A DNA stretch of 64,000 nucleotides from Camelus ferus (Eukaryota): assembly GCF_009834535.1 (NCBI RefSeq), contig NC_045696.1:61320001-61384000 (forward strand), given 5' to 3'. This document shows, one piece after another, positions 39,190 through 50,553 of this stretch. The translations under genes and the position numbers were made by a program. The notes beneath the pieces were generated by a model. The model was given only the letters and a program-made list of their open reading frames with translations. It did no database searches and was not told the origin of the DNA. Position 1 is the stretch's first letter, and every line of letters starts with the position of its first letter.

Positions 39190-41160
39190 AGGAATCCCTT
39201 GGCAAGGATGTTCATTTTTACCACTCCTAGTCAGCACAGTACTCCAAGACAGTGCAGTAAGAAAAGAAAAAGAAATAAAGCCATACATGTTGGAAAGGAA
39301 GAAATGAAACTGCCCTTTTCACAGATGACATGATTTTCTATGTAGAATCAACAAAAAAGCTATTAGAACTAAAAAATGAGTCCAGAAAAATTGCAAGATT
39401 CAAGACTAATATCAAAAATCCATTGATTTTTCTTTAATAAATAAATGGAAATGAAATTTTTAAAAATCATAATAACACGAAAACTTACTTAGAAAAAATC
39501 TAACACAATGTAGGCAAGATCTATATGCTAAAAACTATAAGACACTAATGAAAGAAATCAAAGAAGACCCTAAATAAATGGAGAGGTATACCACATTCAT
39601 GGAATTATGAACTCTTAAAACTCAATATTGTTAAATTGACAATTTTCAAAATTGATCCATAGGTTCAACACAATCCAAATGAAAATCTCAGCAAATTTTT
39701 TTTGCAGAAAATGACAAATTGATTCTAAAATTTTTATGGAAAGTCAAGGTAACTAGGATAGCCAAAAGAACTCTGAAAAAGAACAAAGTTGGAGAATTCA
39801 CATTGCATGATTTCAGACCAAAGCTACTAATCAAGATAGTGTGGTAGTGGCAAAAGAATAGAGTGTCCAGAAATACACCCACACCTAATAGATTTTTGAC
39901 AAATGTGCAAAGGCAACTCAATGGAAGGGACAGTCTTTTTTTTTAATGGTGCTGGCGCAACCCACATGCAAAAAAATAAATCTTGACCCATGCCTTGCAT
40001 CATATACAAAATTTAACCCCAAATGAATCATAGTCCTAAATATAAAACCTAAAACTATAAAACTTCTAGAAGAAGACATATAAGAAGATCTTTGTGACCT
40101 TGGGTTAAGATAAGACTTCTTAATTACACACAAAAACACAATTCATAAAAGAAAAATTGATAATGTACTTCATCAAAACTTAAAACTTGATCTTTGGAGG
40201 ACACTGTTTTAAAAATGAGATGATAAGCCACAAACTGGGAGAAAATATTTGCAAAACACATATCTGAATCCTGAATACATAAATAACTCTTAAAACTCAA
40301 TATTAAGAAAACAATTTTTTTAATGGGCAGAAGATTGGAATAGACATTTAATCAAAGATACACTGATGGCAGAAAAGAACATAAAATGATGTTCAAAAAT
40401 CATTAGTCATTAGGAAAATGCAAATTAGAACCACAATGAGATATCACTACACATCTACACATTTATTAGACTGGCTAAGTTAAAAAAAAAAAACAGAAAC
40501 AAAAACTGACAACTTCAGATGTCAATGATGCAGAGCAACTGGAATTTCTCATCCATTGCTTATGGGAATGCAAAATGGTACAGCCATTTTGGAAGACAAT
40601 TTGGGAGTTTCTTATAAAGTTAAACATACAGTTACTCAGCAATGTCACCCTTAAGTATATACCCCTCACCAAAATGAAAACTTGTATTCACATGCCTGTA
40701 CACCCATGTTTATAGTGGCTTTATTTATAAACACCAAAAACTGGAAACAACTCAAATATCCTTCAGCTGGCGAATGGGTAAACAAGCTGTGTGTGCCATA
40801 GCCACATGACAGAACACCACAAGCAATTAAAAAGGAGGAAACTACTAATATGGGCAACAACATGGATGAATCTCAAATGCATTATGCTAAGTGCAAGAAA
40901 TGAGGCTCAAAAAGCTATGACTGCATTTACATGAGATTCTGAAAAAGGGAAAACTATTGGAATAGAAGACAGACCAGTGGTTGCCAGGGGCTGAAGGTAG
41001 GGAGAGAAGCTGACTATGAAAAGCCGTGGGGAACTTCTGGGGAAGATGGAACCGTTCTAAATCTTGATTGTGGCGGTGATTAGTGGGCTGTATGTATTTC
41101 TCAAAACTCATACAACTGTGCACTAAAAAAGGGTGAATTTTACTGTATGTAAAGAAAAAA
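39190..41160 (+). mobile_element. Old L1 (ORF2 3' half + 3' UTR) in ZDHHC19 intron 5, antisense to the gene
   Basis: Degenerate ORF2 motifs (cagatgacatgatt = ADDMI-like RT motif) and L1M 3' UTR. Confidence 0.85.
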
Positions 41161-41864
41161 AAATCCTATCAAGGCTTCCAGGTTCTACTGCACCAAGATT
41201 AAATTATCCGCATGACTCTTTTGCCTTTTAAATCTGGCCAATCCCAGGCGTTCCACTTGCTTTCCCATGCCACCTTCTGCTCCAATTAGAACTGTTTCCT
41301 CATCATCCTATCAACATTCCACAGACTTTCAGGCCTCCCTGCTTTTTTTTTTTTTTTTTTTTTTTGCAAGCTTCGCCCCACACTGCAGTGCCCTCCCCAC
41401 AGACTTCCTCCAAACCACTGCGTGGCACGTCCTAGTTCACCCTGCGGTCCTCACTGCACTCTCGATGCCCTCTCCGAGTCTGTACTGCACTACGTAGGGT
41501 AGGCCCCTCTCAGTGTTTACGGATGTCTGGAGGGTGTTCCTCGGATTTAAGGTTCCTTGTGAACACGAGCGTAGGATGCAGCCTTACACACCTCTAAGCC
41601 CGTCGCGCAAAATAATGCGTACGCGGCCCACACAGAGTAGTCCCTCGACGCAGCGCACCCAGAAAGGAGAGTGACCACCGAGCTCCAGAGGGAGGTGAGA
41701 TTTGAGCTGAATCTGGGTCTGGAAGGGCTAATGAGGCACCTTCCAGGGAGGTCAGGCAATCAAGGACCAGGGAGAAGGAGAAAGACTGGAAGTGCGGAAG
41801 TCCCGGAGGCGCCAGGGGACCGCCCACAGCCCGGTATCTTGGCGCCCCGCTCGGCCCCGCGTAC

Positions 41865-41970
41865 CTTGCCTTCGTAGGAACGCTCGGCCGCGCTCACCGA
41901 CATGGCCTGGATCAGCAGGAGCAGGAAGAGTGGCACCAGGAAACCGGTGGCGGGTACAGCCACCACGATG
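41865..41970 (-). CDS. ZDHHC19: ZDHHC19 coding exon 5 (IVVAVPATGFLVPLFLLLLIQAMSVSAAERSYEGK)
   Basis: Hydrophobic TM segment in ORF 41760..41978. gcgcag acceptor, AAG|GTACGC donor, 106 nt, frame continuous. Confidence 0.94.
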
Positions 41971-42362
41971 CTGCGCACAAGCTAAGGAGCAGCGCAACCA
42001 GAATGTCCTCCCTGGTCCCGCCCCTCAGCCGGTCCCCGCCCCCGCTCCAGCAGCCCCTCCCGCAACCAGCCCGGCGCATCCTCTCCCCAGGCTGTAAACT
42101 TCAACCTCGACCTACCCTGCGGTCCAGGCCCCCGTGCCACCTCTAGCACTCCTCATCCAGGGTCCTGCTAAATGCTCAACGCTTCATAGGCCCTCCTAGC
42201 CCCATCCCTCTTCCCTGACCTCACCTGGTCCCAGACTGATCCTCCGGAGCGGCTTCGCTGTTTAACCCTGCCCATCATTAGCTCTGTCCGCGTGACTCCG
42301 CCCCTCGGGTGTCCCCGCGCTCCCCACGACTCCCCTATTGGGTCCCGCAGCCTGGCGGATAC
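41971..42362 (-). other. ZDHHC19: ZDHHC19 intron 4, probable U12-type GT-AG intron
   Basis: 5' end GTATCCGC; branch-like TCCTTAGC (41988-41981) with its A 13 nt from the 3' end; no polypyrimidine tract. Confidence 0.8.
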
Positions 42363-42535
42363 GCGATAGCCTTGTCCATGGAGAACGGCAGGTGGGTCGT
42401 GCGCACCAGGAAAATCAGACAGGTGACTAAAATGGCGCCCGAGTAAAGGCATAGGGACAGGACGAGCAGCATGAAGAAGCGGAAGTTGCGGTGACCGATG
42501 CAGTTATTGACCCACTTGCAGTGGTGGTCAAAGTC
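42363..42535 (-). CDS. ZDHHC19: ZDHHC19 coding exon 4 ([21 protein letters not shown]...DKAIA), catalytic DHHC
   Basis: DHHC motif in ORF 42335..42574. cccag acceptor, donor GC|GTATCC (U12-like), 173 nt. Confidence 0.96.
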
Positions 42536-43325
42536 CTGGGCAAGTGGGAAAGGGGTCAGGCCTCGAGGACACAACCTCTGACCCAGCCTCCATAGCCCCT
42601 AAATCTGAGGTCTTACCCCCACACCCGCTAAGTCACCTGCCCCACGTACTGGCTCCCTTTCCTGGGAAGAAACTGAGCCACAAAGTCCCTAACGATGCTG
42701 GCATCTCTGTGGTTAGGGCACCGTAGGGCTCTGAGGCTCACTCACATAGCTGAATGTCAAGAGGCCTTTAGAGGCAAGGCCTGCCCGATCTTCAGTGGGA
42801 CACATCCTGGTGTAACTTTGAGCGGGACATAGACTACCTCTGGGCCTCCGTTTCCTCATCCATTGGCTGAGCGTAATAATAACAGCCTTGTCCAGCCAGC
42901 CTCCCAGGTTGTGCACATAAAAGACAAGCATTCAGAGCCCAGGAGACCCACTTGCACGGACAACCAGAAGAGGATAGGCAAGTTCCCCTGCAGTCAGCCT
43001 GAGGGTCTTGGGCATCTAGTGTCAGCAAGCCCTGGGTAGGACAGGGGTGTCTTTCCTCCCCTGGGTCTGACCAGGCTCAGCATAGGTGTGGATGCCCTTC
43101 TGCATGTCAGCACCAGTGTGGGTAAGGACTAGCCTCCCAGAACAGGTGCAGGCACAGAGGCATTGACCTGCATGAGTGACCAAGAGTGGCTGGGAGTTAC
43201 TGCCACCCTTGGTCCTTTGCAGAACTGGAAGTGGTTTCACTCTCATCACCGGCCCCGTGGGAATGGGTCTTCTGATCCCAGGCAGGGGCTGGGAGGGTAG
43301 GTAGGCAGGCGAGAGGGGCACTCAC

Positions 43326-43465
43326 CTCCACACAGATGTTGCACCAGGGGCAGTGGTAGGTCCGGGGAGGGCGGTGGAAGCAGCACTTTTGGCACCACTG
43401 CAGGCGGAATGCCCTGTGGTTCACCCATACCACATGCACCATCATGGGGCCCTGTTCGTTGGAGC
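43326..43465 (-). CDS. ZDHHC19: ZDHHC19 coding exon 3 (GSNEQGP...WCQKCCFHRPPRTYHCPWCNICVE)
   Basis: First half of the DHHC Cys-rich domain, in ORF 43197..43496. gacag acceptor, GAG|GTGAGT donor, 140 nt. Confidence 0.97.
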
Positions 43466-44029
43466 CTGTCATGGGAAGAGGACTGAGTAGCAGCAAGAGG
43501 CCCTTCCCTCAGTCGGCTGCAGCAGAAGGGTGTGGGTAGGCAGCCCCACAGCATCACTGGGCTCCAGGAGGGGTGGGGATGAGGTGGATAGGGGAATCTC
43601 TAGTCCCCACTGAGTAAGCTGACCAAGCTCAGAAAGGCTGGCAGTCAAAGGGGAGGTGGGTTGCCAGACCCAGGAGTTCTTTGAGAACTCAGGCCTTTGG
43701 CAATGTGATTGATGTTTGAGGGAGCTTATGCAGTGGGCAGAAGGAAGAGAAAACTGAGTGGTTGTGAAAAGCTGGCTTCTCTCTCCAGCCTGCCCTGGCC
43801 CTCTCCTCCAAGGCAACTGCAAAACCTCTAGAATCCTGCTTTTCTACATCTCCATGGCTTAGGAAATGAAGTGCCAGAAGCAGGGCCTGAGCAAATGAGA
43901 ACATGGGGTGAAGGAGTCCTGAGACCCCAAGCAGGGAGATGGGAGGAGCACTTAAGGAACCGCCCCACCCCCGGCAGGCAGGAGCCCTTTAGGGTGCTAC
44001 CTCCTTCTCCCCGGGGGCCAGTGTTTCAC

Positions 44030-44151
44030 CTTGATGCAAGATGCCAGGGTCTGAGAAGTTGAGAGAAACAAGACTGAAGAAGGTGATGACAAAGAGGAAG
44101 CCTGTGATGACGGGAAAGGCCCATTCCCCGTTCTGGGCCAGCCACCTGCAA
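44030..44151 (-). CDS. ZDHHC19: ZDHHC19 coding exon 2 (CRWLAQNGEWAFPVITGFLFVITFFSLVSLNFSDPGILHQ)
   Basis: Inside ORF 43989..44294, carries the DPG motif. ctcag acceptor, G|GTGAAA donor, 122 nt. Confidence 0.95.
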
Positions 44152-44483
44152 CTGAGATCAGAGCAGGACTCAGCCCTGATCTGGGGAGGCCTGAAGCTCC
44201 CCCAGGACCCAGTCCACCTGGTCAGGACCCACAGACCATAAATTCTGCTGTAAATATCCAGGCTAGGGACAGATCCATAGAGACTCCACCACATGTCACC
44301 CAGTATTACCAGCCAAATGCACCAAGTGCTCTATGCCTCTGTGCCTTGGCCCATTCAGTTCCCTCGGCCTAGAGCACCCTTCCTTCCCTGACCCTTTTTC
44401 AGCAGCCCCCAACACCATTCTATCATTATGTGTTGTCCTTTCTGTCACTCTAGGAAATCTGCCAGCTTGTGTGGGATACACAC

Positions 44484-44629
44484 GGGAATGCGAAGAAGAG
44501 GCCACTTAAAACGACCAGCAGCACTACGTTGAAGGCAGCAAACAGGCTTGGGAGGATCCAGGGGAGTAGGGCCTGAGGCAGGGGATGGCTCTCCTTCATG
44601 TGGGGTGTGGCATCCTTCAAGAGCGGCAT
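44484..44629 (-). CDS. ZDHHC19: ZDHHC19 coding exon 1 (MPLLKDATPHMKESHPLPQALLPWILPSLFAAFNVVLLVVLSGLFFAFP)
   Basis: Hand translation of the minus strand matches the recalled ZDHHC19 N-terminus (..PSLFAAFNVVLLV..GLFFAFP). 146 nt, donor CC|GTGTGT, phase joins exon 2. Confidence 0.92.
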
Positions 44630-44760
44630 GGCTGGACCTTCTGTGCCCCCAGGGGGGATCAGAGCCTCCAGGCTCCCTCCCCTCTGCTGGCTCCAGGAGC
44701 CCCATGGTCACAGCAGCCTTGGAAGCCACAGCCCAGGGTGGAAGGAAAGCAGTCCCAGTG

Positions 44761-44768
44761 TGACATCA
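44761..44768. promoter_or_regulatory. CRE-like element TGACATCA in the ZDHHC19 proximal promoter
   Basis: One mismatch to TGACGTCA, about 130 bp upstream of the ZDHHC19 ATG. Confidence 0.4.
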
Positions 44769-46269
44769 CAGAAGCCAAGGAGAATGGGGGCTAGGAACTC
44801 TTCCGCTGAACAGTCTGGAGCCTGTGACTGTCCTGTCCGACAGCAACCTCCCCCCACCCTGCTTGTGCTGGGGACTGAGAGGTCCTGCCCATGAGAGGTT
44901 GGCTTTGAGACCTCGTGAGATTGGAGAAACTCATGGGGAGAAGGTGATTCTACTCACCCTTTCAGGCTTGCTGCTAATTGAAGCACACAATGCGCATTGC
45001 TCTATCTCCACTTTTTTTTCCTTTTTGTTATTACAAAATTGCACTTTGGGGGAAGAGGCAGATAGATCTTCCCTCATTTCCAGGGTTAGCTTCGTGACAC
45101 AGAGACATAAGTGAATGCCCGAGGGTTTCTAGAAAAGTTTTGCTTTCCTGATAAAGGGAGAAAAGACAGTTGGGGCAGCTCTGTCCCTTTCTTCCTGTTC
45201 TGAACCTAGACATGCTGGCTGAAGTGTCACCTTGAGCCGTCAGTCATTAAGTCAATATGGGGCACAGACAGAAAGGCACAGATGACATTGAGCCACTGCC
45301 CCAGCCTTGGGCCACCTCCCTCTGAGCTGCTCATTGTATGGGAAGTAACTGGATTGTGTGGCGCATACAGCTGATATTTGTCATGTGTTTTAGCCACTGA
45401 GTGTCTGAACCCTTGTACTATAAGTCGTGATGAAGGGCAAAGACTGTTTCCCCATCCCACCTGGAACTGAAAAGTGCTACAAACCCGCATTCCAAGCCCC
45501 TCCTGCAGCTAGTGCACGGCCTGTGACTCGGGCGCCACCTGTTAGCCTGAGAACTGCTACCACCTACCAACTGAGGAGTATGCGGAGACGCAGCAACTGT
45601 CTGTTTAAAACCGGAGCAAGTAAAGTTCAAAGTTCTTAATGTGGCCTTCAAGGCCCTCCCTGATGGGGCCCACTAACTTTCCAACCTCATTTCCTAACAC
45701 TCAGCCCCTAACTCACTCCATGCCAGTCAGGCACACTGGCCTCCTTGCTGTTCCCCGGACATACCAGGTATGTGCCAGCCCTGGGTCCTTCACATTTGTT
45801 CTCCTTCCCTGGAATTCTCTGCCACGTATATTCGCAGAGCTTGCTCCCTCGCTTCCTCGAGTTCTTTGTTCCATTGGTGCCTTCTGCCATTATCCAAATG
45901 TCTGCATCTCCAACTGTTTCTTTAGAAGAGATTCCTAACTGTTGGATTTGGGGTCAATGAGTGTGACTTTTTTAAACATCTTTTGCATAATCTGCCAATG
46001 CTTCCTAGAAAGTTGGTACATGTTTATATTACTGTTTTGAAGACAGCCATATCATAATACTAACACTGTAGTTAAATAGTAATGTAAAACAATTTCTCTA
46101 ATTCTATAGATGACAAATGATACCTTGATCTTCTAATTTGTATCTCCTTAAATTACTTATGAGATTAAATATTTTTATACTCTTATGGGTCATTTAATTG
46201 TAGTTGTGTTGTGAATTGCCTTTGTATATCTTTTGTTTGCTCACATTTCAAATGCGGAGGTATTTTTCT

Positions 46270-47015
46270 CTTTTTTTATTGTGGTAAATATATATAACAT
46301 AAAAGTTACCATTTTAACCATTTTAAGTGTACAGCTCTATGGCATTAAGTACATTTACATTGTTGCACAACCATCACTACCATCCATTCCAGAAATTTTT
46401 CATCATCCCAAGTGGAAACTCTATACCCATTAAATAATGACTTCTGATTCCTCCTCTCACCAGTTCCTGGTAACCACTCTTACTTTGTGTCTCTATAAAT
46501 CTGACTATTTTAAGTACCTCGTAAAATTGGAATCATTCAACATCTGTCTTTTGTGTCTGGCTTATTCCACTTCTCAGAATATCCTCAAGATTCATCCTTG
46601 GGTTTAACCAGTCCTGGAACTTGGTATTTGTAGCATGTAGCAGAATTTCCTTCCTGAATAACATTTAATTGTAGGTATATGCCACATTTTATTTATCCAT
46701 TCATCTGTTGATGGACATTTAGGTTGTTTTTTTTCAGGCATTGTAAATAATGCTACTATGAATGTAGGTCCACAAATATTTATTCAAGTTCCTGCTTTCA
46801 CTCTTTTAGGTATATATCAGAAATAAAATTCCTGGGTCATATGGTAATCCTGTGTTTAATTTTTTGAAGAAGCAGCTGCGTCATTTATTTTACATTCCCA
46901 CCAATAATGAAGGACTCCAATTTCCCCACATCCTTGCTAACACTTTTTGTTTTCTTTTTAATATTTTGAATATTTTAAAATAACATCCTAATGGATGTGA
47001 GGTGGTATCTCATGT
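46270..47015 (-). mobile_element. L1M 3' fragment
   Basis: ttattgtggtaaatatatataacataaaagttaccattttaaccatttttaagtgtacag, a typical L1MA/MB end. Confidence 0.85.
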
Positions 47016-47429
47016 GCTTTTAATGGAAGTGTTGGGTTTTTCTAATTTGCAGGAGCTTTTTATATTAAAATTTGGGGCTGTCTTTATTGCAAATATGTTC
47101 CCAATTTGTTGTTGGCCTGTTAATTTTGCATGCAGTATTTAATGTAAAGTTTTTGTTGTTTTATGTAATCAAATCTATGGATCATTTCCTTAGCATTGTC
47201 TGACCTCACTTCTGTGTCTTTTCCTTTCCTTCTAGCTGATACATATATAACTATATTTCTTGTTTCCTTTTTCATGGAACTCTTTATCTGATATTAATGT
47301 AAGGGTAAGGTGTAAGGCAATGGTCTAATCGTGTATTTCCCCCACGTTGTTGTAATCAATTGTTCCAGCAGAGAGAAAGCTTTCCTTTCTCTCTTACGAC
47401 AGATACTAAGTTCTTCATATGTACTAAGG

Positions 47430-47800
47430 TCTGCGGGGAGCTCTATGAGGTACCTCCCAGACCCCACTTCAGGAACGAAGAATTTATCCCTCTGATTGCT
47501 GGAAGAGAGCTTCAGCTTGGGGATTGCCTGCCCTAAAGAAAATTGCCTCACTCAAAGCCCCACCTCCTTCCAGGGGTAGCTTGCATCCAAGGACTGGTCA
47601 ACATCAGGATATAAAGGGCCAGACACTGCCCCAGTGCAGGACAATTCTGTGGGGCCATCCCAGCCCCCATGTGACCTTCTGGGTGGCTGAGGTTTTATTG
47701 GGCCCTTATCACAGATTGGCTTCTCCCTCTGCTCCTCCCTTTCCACAAGTGCTGTTCCCAAAATATTCCCTATTAAATACATCTGCCTGCTAATCTCTAG
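47430..47800 (+). mobile_element. ERVL (LTR16-like) LTR
   Basis: cccagaccccacttcagga start region and ccctattaaatacatctgc..ctaatctc end region. Confidence 0.55.
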
Positions 47801-48184
47801 AATCTGTGGACTTTTTGTTTCATAATTTATTGAATTTAACACCGTGTATTTCGATGTTTGTAGTTTAGAATCCAGGGGGCTTTTTGTGTTCTTAGTTGTC
47901 ATCATCTGAGTCCCTAAACTTATGATGTTATGTAGTAAACAAAGACATCAGAACACAAAAATATTCACTAGCGAATGAGAAATGAGGCCCCACTCAAACA
48001 TCACCTTTAATTTAATACTAGCATCTTCCTTTTCTATCTCAACTGCAATGCAAAACAATACGAAGTGCAGGTACAATGACACTAATCACAAAGTGACATT
48101 TAAAATCTTGCAAAGGCAACAGAACTTTGTGATATTGATAGAAGTGGTATTAGAATATAATTTAAAATTTTCAATTTAAAAAAA

Positions 48185-48425
48185 TTATTAAAGTAACATT
48201 GGTTTATAACATTATATAAGTTTCATGTGTATGACATTATATTTCTACTTCTGTATACACTACAGCATGCTCACCACCAAAAATATAGTTTCCACCCATC
48301 ACCATACAGTTAATCCCTTTACCCATTCCACCCTCCCTCCTGCCCTTTCCCTCTGGTAACCGCTAATCTGTTCTATCTGTGTGTTTGGTTTGGCTTGTTG
48401 ATTTATTTTTGGTTTTTGTTTTTTT
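48185..48425 (-). mobile_element. Short L1 3' end
   Basis: Resembles the L1 3' terminus at 16064-16400. Confidence 0.7.
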
Positions 48426-48561
48426 AAATAGAGAATACCATTTAAATGCCCCCAAAAGTAATCATCCAATAAGGGGCTAGTCTAAAACAGCTTAAAATTG
48501 AAGAAGGGGGAATCAGTAAGGTTGACAACATGGCAGGCTCTTAAAAAAAAAAAAATGGCCT

Positions 48562-49780
48562 ATGGCTTCACTGGTAAAGTATACTAAATATTAAAGAATG
48601 AACACCAATTTTCTCAAACTCTTCTAAGAAATAGAAGGGGAAAGAAGAAAGAACAGTTCCTAATTTATTATATGAAGTTAACATTGCAATGATACCAAAG
48701 CCACATGAAGATATTACATACACGCACCCAAAATACAGACCAATATCCTTTATGAATATGATGCAAAATCCTCAAAAAAAATTAGCAAACTGAATCCAGC
48801 AGCATATTAAAAGGATTATATACTATGACCAATGGAGATTTATCCCAGGAATGCAAGAGCGGCTCATCATACAAAAATCAATGTACTACTCCACATTAGT
48901 AAAGTGAAAGAAAAAAAAAATCAATCTCAATGCAGAAAAAGCATTTGGCAAAATTCTTCCATGATTCCTCAACAGGCTAGGAATAGAAGGGAACTTCCTC
49001 AACCTGATGAAGGGCATTTATGAAAAATCCACAGCTAACATCATAATTAATAATGAAAGACTGAAAATTTTCCCTATAAGATTAGAAGACAAGTATACTG
49101 GCTTTTGCACTTCTATTTAACATTGTACTGGAAGTTCTGGCTAGAGTAATTAGGCAAGAAAAAGAAAAGCATTCACATTGGAAAGAAATAAGTAAAAATA
49201 TCCCCATTTGCAGGTGACATTGCAAATTGCATTAGGGCTTGGATTTTGAAAGCCCTAAAGAATACACATACACGCACACACACACAAACACACACACTCA
49301 ATTAGCAGTAACAAGTGAGTTCAGCAAAGTGGCAGCGTTTTTCATAATAGCCCAAAAATAGAAACAACCCAAATGTCCATTAGCTGGTGAATAAATGCCG
49401 TCAGCTGAAATAAATGTGGCATATTCACAAAGTGGAATATTATTCAGTCATAAAAGGAATGAGGTACTGATGCATGTTACAACATGGATAAACCTTGAAG
49501 ACATTATGCCAGATGAAAGAAGTCAAATACAAAAGGCCACATGTTGTATGATTTTATTTAGATGAAATGTCCAGAACAGGCAAAGTCATAGAGACAGAAA
49601 GTAGATTAATGATTGCAAGGGGGTGGGAGGAGAGAGGAACTGAGAAATACGAGGTTTCTCTGGGGTGAAAATATTCTGCAATTAGATTAATGGTGTTGGT
49701 GGCACATTATGAATACACTAAAAAAACACTGGATTATACACTTTAAAATTACTAAAATGGTGTCAATAAGAAAAATTTGA
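48562..49780 (+). mobile_element. L1 ORF2 fragment with internal deletion (junction near 49335)
   Basis: RT-region sequence joined directly to the ORF2 end and 3' UTR; flanked by aatggcct repeats. Confidence 0.75.
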
Positions 49781-50386
49781 AAAGAGAATGGCCTTGAAAT
49801 ATCAAATGACTGAGGAGCCCTAGGGAAAATTGATGAAATTTGTGGTTGGTTTGTTTTTTCAAAAATAACCCTTACACTGAAAAAGCCAAAACTGAAGTGA
49901 TAGGTGTCTTATCATGTTAACATGATTTTGTGGGGAATATTAAACCAAAAAACATAAATGAAGAATTTGTTCTGCTGGATTCTAAAAATCTGTGTTTGAC
50001 GGGGAGCCATCCAAAATTACCAAGAGAAGAATCGGATCCAGCTCATCTTGCCACGTCTTAGCTCTGGATGGACCAGCCGTAACTAATCCACAGCCACTGA
50101 GGGACTTCGGGTGGGGCAGAAGTACCACATCAGACTGAAGCCCTCCCTCTCACCAATGCCCCATCATTCCTCCCTCATCAACATCCATCCTGAGAATTAA
50201 CCCTGTCTCCTCTGCTCCTCCCCGCTACTGCTGCCCAGCTGCTGAAACACCGGGGATCAGCCCAGTGGCCTTCCCTTTCCAACTGCCGCTGCTCTCCAAA
50301 CCCCCTGCCTTACCTCTCTCAGTCCCCAGTTCTGTCCTGAAGAAGCTTCAGGGAATATCCTCAGCACCCTGTGTTCTGCTCTAGGG

Positions 50387-50553
50387 AAGTCTAAAGTTCA
50401 GGGCTCTAGGCAATTAACCTCAAGGCCTCTCAGTGGGCTAGAGATGAATGACCCACGGAGCGCTCCTGCAGTAATGGTTAGAGGAAGCTGAGTCAGCCTG
50501 TGTCTTTGCTAGGGCGGGGCCCAGGGGATTGACCCCCTGGAGGTCAGTGCCCT
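50387..50553. promoter_or_regulatory. Candidate bile-acid-responsive enhancer of SLC51A
   Basis: IR-1-like AGATGAaTGACCC (50442), AGGGGAtTGACCC (50523), AGGTCAgTGCCCT (50541). LRH-1-like TCAAGGCCT (50420), DR1-like AGTCTAaAGTTCA (50388), GCTGAGTCAGC (50487), GC box (50512). About 1.4-1.5 kb upstream of the ATG. Confidence 0.6.

Larger units (their letters stand above)
41560..42500. other. Intragenic CpG island over ZDHHC19 exons 4-5
   Basis: Visibly high GC and CpG density with GC boxes (ccccgcccc near 42034); judged by eye. Confidence 0.7.
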
